DNA of 64,000 nt, taken from positions 1,824,001 to 1,888,000 of the forward strand of contig OZ244052.1 of the NCBI GenBank assembly GCA_965215125.1. Reading direction: 5' to 3'. Below are positions 52,770 through 64,000 of the stretch, piece by piece. The stretch's first letter is position 1, and each line of letters opens with the position of its first letter. Both the position numbers and the translations under genes were made by a program. The notes beneath the pieces are model-generated. The model was not told the origin of the DNA. It worked only from the letters and a program-made list of their open reading frames with translations, and did no database searches. This DNA is from an uncultured candidatus Porisulfidus sp. (GTDB lineage: Bacteria; Pseudomonadota; Gammaproteobacteria; Poriferisulfidales; Oxydemutatoraceae).

Positions 52770-53278
52770 CATAGCTTTCTAGAATCGTAAGCCCAATGCA
52801 ACAACGCTTGCCGTTGCCGAGGGCGACAATTTATATCGCCGCGTCTGCAATATTTTTTGATGGCACCTACATGCCGTTTGATTGCACGCCATCGTTTGAT
52901 CTGCCTTGCGTCTTCCGAAGGAATACGCCGCCCCATATAATAGCGGCAGTACCATTGAAACCAACCGCGCGGATCATAAGGATAAATCCAACCTTTCTTT
53001 CTCCATTCCTGCAACGGCAACGAAGCGTCCACTTTGAAATAATTTAATGCAGGGTCTTTATGCAGTAATGCGAGTTTGGCATCCTTGAACCAAGTGTACG
53101 GAAATTCGTCTTGGCAATCACACATGTATTTGCCACCGAAAATTCCCAGCTTCAGCAATTCTCTGGGTTTGAGTTGTGGTTTGAAGTCCTCGTCAAAATT
53201 ACGACCTACGGGTTCTACCAAGTAATAGACATAATTTCTCTGCATTTTGTCGTTGACCACGACTTTTTTTCGTGTCAT
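52769..53278 (-). CDS. Basic hypothetical protein, unknown function
   Basis: Motif-like GIFGGKY, DPRGWFQWYCRY and RQALLHWAYD segments. Confidence 0.7.
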   Translation of the reverse strand: MTRKKVVVNDKMQRNYVYYLVEPVGRNFDEDFKPQLKPRELLKLGIFGGKYMCDCQDEFPYTWFKDAKLALLHKDPALNYFKVDASLPLQEWRKKGWIYPYDPRGWFQWYCRYYMGRRIPSEDARQIKRWRAIKRHVGAIKKYCRRGDINCRPRQRQALLHWAYDSRKL

Positions 53279-53354
53279 GTATCAGCCCAACGTATTGTGC
53301 GTATGTAGGAGTGCAATATATGCAATCCACCTGGTCATTATCTATGCATCGTAG

Positions 53355-53840
53355 CTACAGGACGGTAGGGTTCGGTTGGTTGTGATAGACCACATCGGGG
53401 TCGAAGGCTTTGTGCTTTTCGGTGAATTGCAGTTTGGGTTTTTCGGGTAAATAGGCACCCAAAGGGATTTCCCTATAAAAGCAAGAGCGGTATCCGACAT
53501 GGCAGCTTGCATCGCCGACGACTTCTACGCGCATCCACAGCGCGTCCTGATCATCGTCGATCAGCAGTTGCTTGACTTTCTGAACCAGCCCACTCACATC
53601 TCCTTTGTGCCATAGGCATTGTCGGCTACGGCTCCAGTAATATGCCTCGCCGTGCTCGATCGTCTTCAGCAATGCTTCTTTATTCATATAGCCGTGCATG
53701 AGTATTTCGCCGCTTTTATAGTCGCTGGTGATTACCGGCACCAGTCCGTCGGCATTGAATTTAGGAGCCAAGTCGGTTCCCTCTTCGACTTGCTCTACGT
53801 TTTTGCGTTCGGCAAAGTTATAGTCTTGTGTATCGGTCAT
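53355..53840 (-). CDS. hisI: Phosphoribosyl-AMP cyclohydrolase
   Basis: [29 protein letters not shown]. Confidence 0.93.
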   Translation of the reverse strand: MTDTQDYNFAERKNVEQVEEGTDLAPKFNADGLVPVITSDYKSGEILMHGYMNKEALLKTIEHGEAYYWSRSRQCLWHKGDVSGLVQKVKQLLIDDDQDALWMRVEVVGDASCHVGYRSCFYREIPLGAYLPEKPKLQFTEKHKAFDPDVVYHNQPNPTVL

Positions 53841-53890
53841 GATATTTCCTCGGCTTTGCGTTTGTCGGGGTGTCTCAAAAAGCTATTTTA

Positions 53891-54151
53891 TCATGTTCGT
53901 TTATCGGGTGGCGGAACCGGATCCCAGCCACCCGGTGCAAATGGATGACAACGAAGCAGGCGTTTGACAGTTAGCCATCCCCCTTTAATCGTACCGTACT
54001 GTTCAATCGCCTCGAGCGCGTATTCCGAGCAACTCGGGCAGAAGCGGCAGTGCGATGCGAATAGCGGCGACAGCAGATAGCGATAGGCTTTGATTAACGC
54101 TAAAAATGATTTGCGGACTATGGTGCCGATTATTTTCACTGTCGCAACCAC
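53891..54151 (-). CDS. yidD: Membrane protein insertion efficiency factor
   Basis: [26 protein letters not shown]. Confidence 0.92.
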   Translation of the reverse strand: MVATVKIIGTIVRKSFLALIKAYRYLLSPLFASHCRFCPSCSEYALEAIEQYGTIKGGWLTVKRLLRCHPFAPGGWDPVPPPDKRT

Positions 54152-55512
54152 TGGGTGCCGGAATCGTCGTCTTCTAAAACGATGCCGGCTGTGTTTAGAT
54201 AGTCTCGTATCTCGTCGGCGGTTGCAAAATCTTTACTGCGACGAGCTTGATTTCGTTTGGCAATCAAGGCTTCTATTTCTTGTTCGGATATTTGTTCTGC
54301 GACTGCTTTAGTCGGTGCTTGCCAGCGCAACCATTGACGCGGCTCTTCGTGCAGTAAACCGACGAAATTAGCCGAGGCTCGCAACACTGCAGCGTTGGCA
54401 TCGCGTTCGGATTCCGAAGCGAGACTCACTTCACCTGCCAAACGGTGCAACTCCGAGATTGCCAGAGGGGTATTTAAGTCGTCGGCTAGTGCTTCGCTAA
54501 CTTTGGCGTCTACGGTTGCCGGTTGTGATCGGGTGGAAAGCAACAAGCGATACCATTTGTCTAGATTATTGCGAGCTTGGTTTAATGCATCGGGTGTCCA
54601 ATCCAAAGGCTTCTTATAGTGAACGCTCATCAATGCCAAACGCACACATTCACCGTGAAAATTTTGTAGCACATCGCGCAGCGTGACAAAATTGCCTACC
54701 GATTTTGCCATCTTGTCGCCTTTGACAGTGATATAACCGTTGTGCATCCAATAACGCACGAATTGCTTGCCGTCGTGAGCGCACTCGCTCTGAGCGATTT
54801 CATTTTCGTGATGAGGAAAAACCAGATCCATGCCACCGCCGTGAATGTCTATGGTATCTCCCAGCAGTGCCTCGACCATCACCGAACATTCCAAGTGCCA
54901 GCCGGGGCGTCCTCGTCCCCAAGGACTATCCCAACCGATTTGTTCCGGTGTCGAAGGTTTCCATAAAACAAAATCCGATGGGTTCTTTTTATACGATGCC
55001 GGCTCCACTCGCGCCCCCTCTATAATTTCGTCCAGACTTTGGTGCGATAGGCAACCATAATTTTCGGCAGTCGCTATCTCGAATAATACATGTCCTTCGG
55101 CTTCGTATGCGTGCCCTTTTTGCAATAGTCTTTCGATCATTTTCATCATATCCGAGATGTGTTCGGTTGCGCGCGGCTCGCTATCCGGTGCTAAGACATT
55201 TAAGCTGTCTATATCATGATGGAATGCTTCTGTATAGCGTTGTGTCAGATCGTCTACCGTCAAGTTTTCGGCACTCGCCGCGTTGATAATTTTATCGTCC
55301 ACATCGGTGATATTGCGCACATAAGTTACTTCTTTGTATTGTTGTTTGAGCAATCGGTACAATAAATCAAATGTAACGATGGGTCGCGCATTACCGATAT
55401 GTATATAGTTGTAGACCGTCGGACCGCAGACATACATAGATACTCGGTCGGGGCGATGAGGTTTGAATATCTCCTTGGTACCGGTCAGTGTATTCGATAA
55501 GCGAATCTTCAT
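54136..55512 (-). CDS. cysS: Cysteine-tRNA ligase
   Basis: [24 protein letters not shown]. Confidence 0.97.
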   Translation of the reverse strand: MKIRLSNTLTGTKEIFKPHRPDRVSMYVCGPTVYNYIHIGNARPIVTFDLLYRLLKQQYKEVTYVRNITDVDDKIINAASAENLTVDDLTQRYTEAFHHDIDSLNVLAPDSEPRATEHISDMMKMIERLLQKGHAYEAEGHVLFEIATAENYGCLSHQSLDEIIEGARVEPASYKKNPSDFVLWKPSTPEQIGWDSPWGRGRPGWHLECSVMVEALLGDTIDIHGGGMDLVFPHHENEIAQSECAHDGKQFVRYWMHNGYITVKGDKMAKSVGNFVTLRDVLQNFHGECVRLALMSVHYKKPLDWTPDALNQARNNLDKWYRLLLSTRSQPATVDAKVSEALADDLNTPLAISELHRLAGEVSLASESERDANAAVLRASANFVGLLHEEPRQWLRWQAPTKAVAEQISEQEIEALIAKRNQARRSKDFATADEIRDYLNTAGIVLEDDDSGTQWLRQ

Positions 55513-57806
55513 TTTGAGTCGTTATCGGTTCGGGTCTTGGTTTCTATTTGTATTAGCTTGGATTTCCCCTCTTTGATTTGGGGTGGTTTGGGCTTAAATA
55601 CATTATCGGGCTTAAATTTTGTTTTAACTGTTTGTGGTTTATCCGAAGGTGGAGTATTTCTGCCGCCGTGATGAGGGGTTCGTGGGAGTGTTTCTTTAAT
55701 AGAGTCCCTGGTTGTTTTAACCGTCCGTGTTGTATCGGCAGGTTGCGTATTGACATCGCTACGGTGGGAGGTTTGCGGCGATGTTCTTTTGATAGAGTCT
55801 TTGCTCGTATAGCTACGGCGGTTGGACGATGTGTTTCGATTACGGTCATTTTTATAGTTCGCTTTAGACCTCCGATATTGTCCGTGTCTTTCTTTAGACG
55901 AACTATACTTTGTTTTATTCCCGGTATTTTGTTGCTGTGTACTACTCGGCTTTGAGTGTGAATCGGTGCTCGTCTGCACCGGTTTTTTGTAACCCGACTG
56001 TCTTTTATTCGAATAACGCGTTTGCGTTTTTTGGTATCGGCTACGATTCTTATGCAAACTTCCGGATTTCCCGTCAAAACGTCTGCTTTGTTTTCCATAT
56101 GTCCGGTGCGCTTGTTTATGCGACCTTTCCTTAGGTGTGAATATAGACGTTAATTTTTTCCACCAGCTTCCGAAGATCTCGGATAATGTTGCTTTTTCCA
56201 TTGCAACGACGGTCGGAATGACGGCTGTTTCTTTTTCTAATCCTTTCTCTACTTGGTTTTGTTTTTCAAACAAGTTATGTTTGGGTAGCGACGAGCGTGT
56301 AGACGCCGGCTCATTGTTGTATCCGATACCCTGATTTTCCCTATAGCGCATGATTTTATAATGAGGAGTTTCTATTTGCGAATCGTGATTTATAGTTACT
56401 TTTACATCGTAGCGTTTTTCTATTTCTTTCAATTCGGCACTTTTCTCTCTGATTAAGAATTGATTAACTTCGATAGGTACCTGACCTACGACATGTGAGG
56501 TTTGAGGTTTCCCGGCTTCTCCTTCTATTAATCGTAACACGACTAGAGCGCAGGATTTTACGGTTCTTATAAAGCCGCGTCCGTTGCAACGCGGGCATAG
56601 TATCTCGCTTTCGTTTTGCAGAGAAGGGCGTAGACGCTGGCGAGACATTTCCAATAAACCGAAATCGGATATGCGCCCCAATCGCGTCCGCGCACGATCG
56701 GCTCTCAATAACCCTCGCAGACGCTCTTCTACTTGACGCCTGTTCTGATGCGGTTTCATATCTATAAAATCTATTACCAATAATCCTCCCAAGTCTCGCA
56801 GACGTAATTGCCGTGCAATTTCGTCGGCTGCTTCCAGGTTGGTTTTTAGTGCGGTCTCTTCTAAATCTTGTTGTCGTGTCGAGCGTGCCGAATTAATATC
56901 TATGGTGGTCAATGCTTCGGTGTGATCCAAAACGATAGCTCCGCCGGACGGCAATTCTATTTCGCGTTGGTACAAAGTTTCAATTTGTGTTTCTATATGC
57001 ATACGGTTAAACAACGGGATATCGCCGCTGTATAACTTTAGTTTTTTCTTGTATCTCGGTAGTACCATAGATACGAATTCTCTGGTTTCTTCGTAGATTT
57101 CTTGGTTGTCTATAATGATTTCATCTATATTTGAACCTAGATTGTTCTGTATAGCTTGCAACACAATGTTGGCTTCTTGGTAGATTAAAAAGGGAGCCGA
57201 GCGTTCGTTAGAGGTTTTTTGTATTTGTTTCCACAGATAACGTAAATAATCAAGATTCTTTTGTAAGTCTCTTTTTTCGGCATTCAAGCAAGCGGTGCGC
57301 AAGATCAAGCCTTCATTTTTTTCTGTGACAAGTTGACGGCTTATATCAAGCATCCGTTGACGATCTTCTCCTGAAATACGCTGTGATATGCCGTGCGTGC
57401 GTGGCTTGTCGGGTAATAGAACCATATAAAGTCCGCTCAAACTTACATAACTACTGATAGAAGCTCCTTTGTTCGATATCTCTTCGCGGGCAATTTGCAC
57501 AATGATTTCTTGCCCTTCTTCGATCAGTTCGTGTACGACTTGCTTGCGAATAGGACCCTTAAAATCAGCGGTAAAATACCGAGGGCATATCTCCTTAGTG
57601 GGTAGGAATCCTTGGCGTGCGCCGCCGTAGTCTACGAATACCGCATTTAAGCTCGGTGCTATAGAAGCAATAACACCTTTGTATATATTTCCTTTTTTCT
57701 GTCTCTTAGTTGCCGCCTCGATATCCAGATTGTATAATTTCTGACCATCTACTATGGCAACACGCAACTCTTCCTGTTGCGTTGCATTGACTAAAATTCT
57801 TTTCAT
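55509..57806 (-). CDS. rne: Ribonuclease E
   Basis: MKRILVNATQQEELRVA, IDINSAR, LRDLGGLLVIDFIDM, CPRCNG, and a basic disordered C-terminus. Confidence 0.93.
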   Translation of the reverse strand: MKRILVNATQQEELRVAIVDGQKLYNLDIEAATKRQKKGNIYKGVIASIAPSLNAVFVDYGGARQGFLPTKEICPRYFTADFKGPIRKQVVHELIEEGQEIIVQIAREEISNKGASISSYVSLSGLYMVLLPDKPRTHGISQRISGEDRQRMLDISRQLVTEKNEGLILRTACLNAEKRDLQKNLDYLRYLWKQIQKTSNERSAPFLIYQEANIVLQAIQNNLGSNIDEIIIDNQEIYEETREFVSMVLPRYKKKLKLYSGDIPLFNRMHIETQIETLYQREIELPSGGAIVLDHTEALTTIDINSARSTRQQDLEETALKTNLEAADEIARQLRLRDLGGLLVIDFIDMKPHQNRRQVEERLRGLLRADRARTRLGRISDFGLLEMSRQRLRPSLQNESEILCPRCNGRGFIRTVKSCALVVLRLIEGEAGKPQTSHVVGQVPIEVNQFLIREKSAELKEIEKRYDVKVTINHDSQIETPHYKIMRYRENQGIGYNNEPASTRSSLPKHNLFEKQNQVEKGLEKETAVIPTVVAMEKATLSEIFGSWWKKLTSIFTPKERSHKQAHRTYGKQSRRFDGKSGSLHKNRSRYQKTQTRYSNKRQSGYKKPVQTSTDSHSKPSSTQQQNTGNKTKYSSSKERHGQYRRSKANYKNDRNRNTSSNRRSYTSKDSIKRTSPQTSHRSDVNTQPADTTRTVKTTRDSIKETLPRTPHHGGRNTPPSDKPQTVKTKFKPDNVFKPKPPQIKEGKSKLIQIETKTRTDNDSK

Positions 57807-58169
57807 TATCAACTCTTGTTCTTGCATGGGACAAATACATGGCGCGGCACATTACGAATCTGTGCAAGAGGGCATACGAACACCTAATTCGCGTTTCTAA
57901 ATTTTTGATAAATAGTATTTCCGCTAAATTAAACATGTGTCAAAGTCCTATAAATCATCGGTAAATCTGCTACAAGCGGCACTCGTCTTTGAACGCATGC
58001 GCTTGAAATTCAATTCAATCTTATAATTCGGTATTTATATTTATTTATTCAACCGAATGGATTTTAACATTATAACATATTCTTGACCCACCGATTTTAT
58101 CATCTGAACATTGCTTTCTACGCATGGTTTATTGGGTAGAACAAACCATTATCATATATAATAATCCTC

Positions 58170-58808
58170 ATGAATTATTACCATAAACTTTTTATACGCG
58201 TTAGGCAGAGTGCGATGTTTTTGCTGTTGATAAGTGTGCTTGCCCAACCGGTGTTTGCGCAAAGTTACGAAGACGCGAGAGATTTTTTATCCGTTTTAGT
58301 GGACGGCGTTATTTCCGAGATCAAAACCAACAAAGCTGCATACCGGAATGATACCGAAAAACTATACGAACTGATAGATCAGCGTATACTTGCTGCGGTT
58401 GATATGGAATTGTTTGCCAAGTTAACTTTGGGTTCTCACTGGAATGGTGCCTCTGTAACACAACGCCAATCGTTCACCGAAGCCTTGCATAGGACAATGG
58501 TGCGTAGTTATGGGAAATCTTTGTTGCTACTTTCGAGAGTAGAGAAGATAGATTATCCGATACCCGAGACCGTTAAGCAGGCGCGTTATCAAATAGTAAA
58601 AACGATGCTATTTTTTGTCGGCGGTCAAGCTCCGGTTTCTATCAACTACGCGATGTTGTTTAAGGAAGACAAGTGGGTGATTTTTGATTTGATAGTGGAT
58701 GGTTTAGGCGTAGGTAAACAGTTTAGGCAAAACTTTGATTTGGAGATTAAAGATAAAGGCTTGGATGCATTGATAGCACGCCTAAGCCGAGATGGCGAGA
58801 GCCTTTAG
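58170..58808 (+). CDS. mlaC: MlaC/Ttg2D phospholipid-binding protein
   Basis: LTLGSHW, WVIFDLIVDG, GLDALIARL. Located upstream of murA. Confidence 0.8.
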   Translation: MNYYHKLFIRVRQSAMFLLLISVLAQPVFAQSYEDARDFLSVLVDGVISEIKTNKAAYRNDTEKLYELIDQRILAAVDMELFAKLTLGSHWNGASVTQRQSFTEALHRTMVRSYGKSLLLLSRVEKIDYPIPETVKQARYQIVKTMLFFVGGQAPVSINYAMLFKEDKWVIFDLIVDGLGVGKQFRQNFDLEIKDKGLDALIARLSRDGESL

Positions 58809-58828
58809 AATATCCACCCGATTAATAA

Positions 58829-60091
<1,263 letters not shown>

Positions 60092-60106
60092 ACCGGAGAA
60101 GAAATT

Positions 60107-60727
60107 ATGACCGGACTTAGAATTGCCTTAGCAAAGGGGCGCCTACTTAAGGCCACGTTGCCGTTGCTCGACCGTGCCGGTTTGGGCTTACAAGGCAGTT
60201 CCGAGGACGAGCGCAAATTGATATTGCTAAGCAAAGACCGAAAGATGGAATTTGTGGTATTGCGCGCCGCCGATGTAGTGACCTATGTAGAATACGGTGC
60301 TGCCGACCTCGGTATAGTCGGCAAAGATATGTTGATGGAAGAAGAAAGTAACAGCATCTACGAGTTATGCGATTTAGGTATTGCAAAATGTCGCCTATCG
60401 GTAGCCGGTTTGCCCGACCGGCAGCCGAAGTACCGTCCCCGAATTGCAACCAAGTATTGTGTTTCGGCAAAACGATATTTTGCCGAGCACAATCGTCAAG
60501 TTAGCATCATAAAGTTATACGGTTCAATGGAAATGGCACCGGTTTTAGGACTTGCCGATTTGATAGTTGATTTGGTCGATAGCGGCAAAACCCTTGCTGC
60601 GAATGGTCTGCAAGAGCTTGAAAAAATCAGAGATATTAGTGCCCGATTGATTGCAAACAATGCCTCGATGAAAATGAAGGATCAAAGCATGAAAGAACTA
60701 ATAAAAAAAATAACCGACTGTATCTAA
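60107..60727 (+). CDS. hisG: ATP phosphoribosyltransferase (short form)
   Basis: ALAKGR, YVEYGAADLGIVGKD, IVDLVDSG. Confidence 0.95.
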   Translation: MTGLRIALAKGRLLKATLPLLDRAGLGLQGSSEDERKLILLSKDRKMEFVVLRAADVVTYVEYGAADLGIVGKDMLMEEESNSIYELCDLGIAKCRLSVAGLPDRQPKYRPRIATKYCVSAKRYFAEHNRQVSIIKLYGSMEMAPVLGLADLIVDLVDSGKTLAANGLQELEKIRDISARLIANNASMKMKDQSMKELIKKITDCI

Positions 60728-60819
60728 GGTGCTTCGGAAATGTATAGGCTAACCCCAACCGCCTATCCGGCAACCGACAAAGTTTCTATGATTTATATGG
60801 ATAGGCTACAATAGGGCAA

Positions 60820-61896
60820 ATGAAATACCCAACAGACGACTTAAGAATAAATGAGATTAAAGATCTTATTGCTCCGCAAGATTTGACGAACCGCCTGCCG
60901 ATTACCGAAGCGGTATCGGAGTGCGTCTACAAATCTCGTCTAGCGATTAAAAATATCCTGCACGGTGAAGAGCCTCGCATGCTCGTAATCGCAGGTCCTT
61001 GCTCGGTTCACGACACGAAAGCGGCACTTGAATACGCCGGCCGTCTGCAACCTTTGATAGAACAATACAAAGATAAGTTACATATAGTAATGCGTGTGTA
61101 TTTTGAAAAACCACGTACCACGGTAGGCTGGAAAGGCTTGATCAACGACCCCGATTTAGACAATAGTTTTCATATTAATAAGGGTGTGGAAGTTGCCCGC
61201 CGGCTTTTGCTGGATTTGAATACCAAAGGCGTATCGGCGGCGACCGAATATCTAGATTTGATCAGTCCGCAATATATATCGGATTTAATCGCTTGGGGTG
61301 CGATAGGTGCTCGTACTACCGAGAGCCAAACTCACCGCGAACTAGCTTCCGGTTTATCTTGTCCGGTCGGATTCAAAAACGGCACGCACGGCAACATACA
61401 AATAGCCGTAGACGCAATGCGCTCGGCATCGCAACCGCATCACTTTTTATCGGTAACCAAAAGCGGACACTCGGCTATTTTTTCAACAGCCGGCAATAGT
61501 GATTGCCATATCATCATGCGCGGCGGAGGCGGTAAAACCAATTACGACAGCGATAGCGTCGAATACGCAGCGACTTTGCTCGCCAAGAGCAAACAAACCG
61601 AAAAAGTGATGATTGATTTTAGCCATGCCAATAGTAGCAAACAATTCAAACGGCAGAGGATAGCTGCCGAGGATGTTGCGCAGCAATTACGAGCAGGCGA
61701 GCGACGCATTATGGGTGTGATGATAGAAAGCCATTTAGTAGAAGGTCGGCAAGACCTCAAATTCAATTCGGACGGCACGCTCGACAGAGAAGGATTGGTC
61801 TACGGGCAGAGTATTACCGATGCGTGCATGGGTTGGGACGACACCACCAAAGTATTGGAGATACTTGCCTCGGCGGTACAAACAGGACCGGCTTAA
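60820..61896 (+). CDS. aroG: DAHP synthase class I (AroF/G/H type)
   Basis: GPCSVHD, YFEKPRTTVGWKGLIND, GARTTESQ, DFSHANS. Confidence 0.93.
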   Translation: MKYPTDDLRINEIKDLIAPQDLTNRLPITEAVSECVYKSRLAIKNILHGEEPRMLVIAGPCSVHDTKAALEYAGRLQPLIEQYKDKLHIVMRVYFEKPRTTVGWKGLINDPDLDNSFHINKGVEVARRLLLDLNTKGVSAATEYLDLISPQYISDLIAWGAIGARTTESQTHRELASGLSCPVGFKNGTHGNIQIAVDAMRSASQPHHFLSVTKSGHSAIFSTAGNSDCHIIMRGGGGKTNYDSDSVEYAATLLAKSKQTEKVMIDFSHANSSKQFKRQRIAAEDVAQQLRAGERRIMGVMIESHLVEGRQDLKFNSDGTLDREGLVYGQSITDACMGWDDTTKVLEILASAVQTGPA

Positions 61897-63203
61897 TGAC
61901 ACTAGCCCTGCAACAGCTGGATGCTTCCGACGCAGACTTCAACGAGCAGATTAAAAAATATGTGGAACACGCGCGGATTATCGGTACCGATATTGAAAGT
62001 TCGGTACGCTCTATCATCGACGATGTGCGTGATCGCGGCGATGAAGCGATACTGGACTACACCGAGCAACTCGATCGAATCAAAGCCGAATCGGTATCGG
62101 CTTTGCGCATCTCTGCAGAACAAAGATCGCAACTTGCCCAAAGCGTATTGCCCGAATGGTCGGACGCACTCGACAAAGCGGCTGCACGTATCCGCCGCTA
62201 CGCCGAAAAACAACTCGGGCAAGATTGGGAATTCGTCGACGAAATCGGTGTGCACTTAGGACAAAAAATCGGAGCAGTAGATGCAGTAGGGCTTTATATA
62301 CCGGGCGGCAAGGCTGCATATCCGTCGTCGCTTTTAATGAACGCAATTCCTGCCCAAGTCGCCGGTGTAGAACGTATCGTTGCAATGTTGCCTGCGCCCG
62401 GTGGTCACCTCAACCCGTTATTGATGCGTGCGCTGGAGTTGATGCAAATAGACGAAGCGTATACCATCGGTGGTGCGCAGGCGATTGCCGCCCTTGCCTA
62501 CGGCACCCGAACGATTACCCCGGTTTCTAAAATTGTGGGGCCCGGAAACGCTTATGTCAACGAAGCCAAACGTCAAGTATTCGGCAGAGTGGGTATAGAC
62601 ATGGTTGCCGGACCTTCCGAGATTTTAATCATTGCCGACGGTACTACGCAAGCCTCGTGGCTCGCACTGGATTTATTTTCACAAGCCGAACACGACGAAC
62701 AAGCGCGTGCGATATTGCTATGTCCCGATGCCGACTATCTAGCTCAAGTGCGTTCCGAAATAGATTGCCTGCTACCGACGATGGCGCGCAATGCAGTCAT
62801 AGAAGCTGCGCTCAATAATAACGGCTTGCTGGTCAAGGTTGGCAATTTGCAACAAGCGATACAAATAGCCAATACAATTGCCCCCGAGCATTTGGAACTC
62901 GCGGTGGATAATGCCGAACAATGGATAGACCACATAAAAAATGCCGGGGCAGTTTTTATAGGTTCCTATAGCTGCGAGGTGTTGGGTGATTATTGTGTAG
63001 GTTCAAACCATGTGTTGCCTACCGGCGGCAGTGCGCGCTTCTCTTCTCCGTTGGGTGTCTACGATTTCCAAAAACGCACGAGTATCGTGCAATGCAATGC
63101 AAAAGCTGCGGCGTATCTAGCCGAGATAGCCGAACCACTCGCTACTGCCGAAGGTTTGCATGCCCACGCCGCCGCCGCGCGAAGCCGTATAGTTGAACCA
63201 TGA
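61896..63203 (+). CDS. hisD: Histidinol dehydrogenase
   Basis: PGGKAAYPSS, DMVAGPSE, SQAEHD, APEHLEL. The ATG overlaps the upstream TAA. Confidence 0.96.
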   Translation: MTLALQQLDASDADFNEQIKKYVEHARIIGTDIESSVRSIIDDVRDRGDEAILDYTEQLDRIKAESVSALRISAEQRSQLAQSVLPEWSDALDKAAARIRRYAEKQLGQDWEFVDEIGVHLGQKIGAVDAVGLYIPGGKAAYPSSLLMNAIPAQVAGVERIVAMLPAPGGHLNPLLMRALELMQIDEAYTIGGAQAIAALAYGTRTITPVSKIVGPGNAYVNEAKRQVFGRVGIDMVAGPSEILIIADGTTQASWLALDLFSQAEHDEQARAILLCPDADYLAQVRSEIDCLLPTMARNAVIEAALNNNGLLVKVGNLQQAIQIANTIAPEHLELAVDNAEQWIDHIKNAGAVFIGSYSCEVLGDYCVGSNHVLPTGGSARFSSPLGVYDFQKRTSIVQCNAKAAAYLAEIAEPLATAEGLHAHAAAARSRIVEP

Positions 63204-63955
63204 CTTCGTTGAACGATATTGCAAGTTATGCCGATCGCTATTTGCAGATAGAACGCTTTAAGGATTATGCCCCGAATGGTTTACAGGTCGACAGCACACG
63301 TACTATTCGCTGCATAATATCGGGGGTTACCGCCTCGCAAGCCTTGATAGATGCCGCAGTGGAAAACGACGGTGATGCATTGTTGGTACATCACGGTTAT
63401 TTTTGGCGCAACGAAAATCCTACGATACTCGGGATGAAAGCGAAGCGACTGCGTGCCCTGTTAAAGAACGACATCGGGTTGCTCGCTTACCATATTCCTT
63501 TGGACGCTCATGACGAAGTCGGCAACAATATGCAACTGGCAAAAAGATTGGATATTTCCTTAAAAGGTGCCTTTGGTGATTTAGGTGGTATACCGTTGGC
63601 GAGGTACGGCACCGTGCCACCGTGCGGTGCCGATGCCCTAGCGAGAAAGATAGAACAGGTTTTGTCCAGGCCACCGCAACTGATAGCCGGTGGTGGCTCA
63701 CAAATTGAAACCGTGGGACTTTGTACCGGTGCCGCACAAGACTGCATAGAAGACGCGGCGCGCTTAGGTTTGGATGCTTATATTAGCGGCGAAATATCCG
63801 AGAGAACGGTACACATCGCTAAGGAAGAGGGTATACATTACTACGCTGCCGGGCACCATGCCACCGAACGCTACGGAGTACAAGCCCTAGGCAAACATCT
63901 AGCCGAACATTTTCGGATTGATCACCGCTATATAGAGATAGACAACCCGGTATAG
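63200..63955 (+). CDS. Nif3-like dinuclear metal centre protein (YbgI)
   Basis: DYAPNGLQV, VHHGYFW, YHIPLDAH, AGHHATERYG. Confidence 0.93.
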   Translation: MTSLNDIASYADRYLQIERFKDYAPNGLQVDSTRTIRCIISGVTASQALIDAAVENDGDALLVHHGYFWRNENPTILGMKAKRLRALLKNDIGLLAYHIPLDAHDEVGNNMQLAKRLDISLKGAFGDLGGIPLARYGTVPPCGADALARKIEQVLSRPPQLIAGGGSQIETVGLCTGAAQDCIEDAARLGLDAYISGEISERTVHIAKEEGIHYYAAGHHATERYGVQALGKHLAEHFRIDHRYIEIDNPV

Positions 63956-63984
63956 ACCAGCATTACAAGTATAGAGGTGGTCCA

Positions 63985-64000
63985 TTCCCCTCCTATGGAG
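63985..64000 (+). repeat. Start of another module A copy
   Basis: ATTCCCCTCCTATGGAG at the window end. Confidence 0.7.

Overview
This is a ~45% GC gammaproteobacterial chromosomal window. Gene content suggests a host-associated lineage, which is inference only. About 13.7 kb of surface/accessory DNA is followed by rearranged housekeeping genes (yhdP-like, dnaG, gltB, trkHA-ntrXY, oplA, argH, tsaC-hemF-hemB-aroE, mcrBC, copAB, tRNA-Ser, yajC-secDF, hisI, cysS, rne, mlaC-murA-hisG-DAHP synthase-hisD-nif3), interspersed with a composite palindromic repeat family. The main finding is a candidate DNA-inversion switch between two divergent paralogous porin genes. A perfect 17-bp inverted repeat (CTTAAGAGTAACAAACT, 1654-1670 and 2995-3011) lies within the first codons of both porins. 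It brackets a 1.3-kb segment holding an Rci/Hp1-type tyrosine recombinase, a near-consensus sigma70 promoter, an RBS and ATG-AAA. In the sequenced orientation porin B is the one predicted to be expressed, while porin A lacks an ATG and RBS. Inversion would fuse the start to porin A in frame. Other observations: a poly-T tract inside the promoter of a 2070-aa GlyGly-CTERM surface protein, decayed 'KVFLEGPLQ*'-tailed genes, a small coiled-coil paralogue family, a nested MITE with a target duplication, and a repeat translated into a housekeeping protein's N-terminus.
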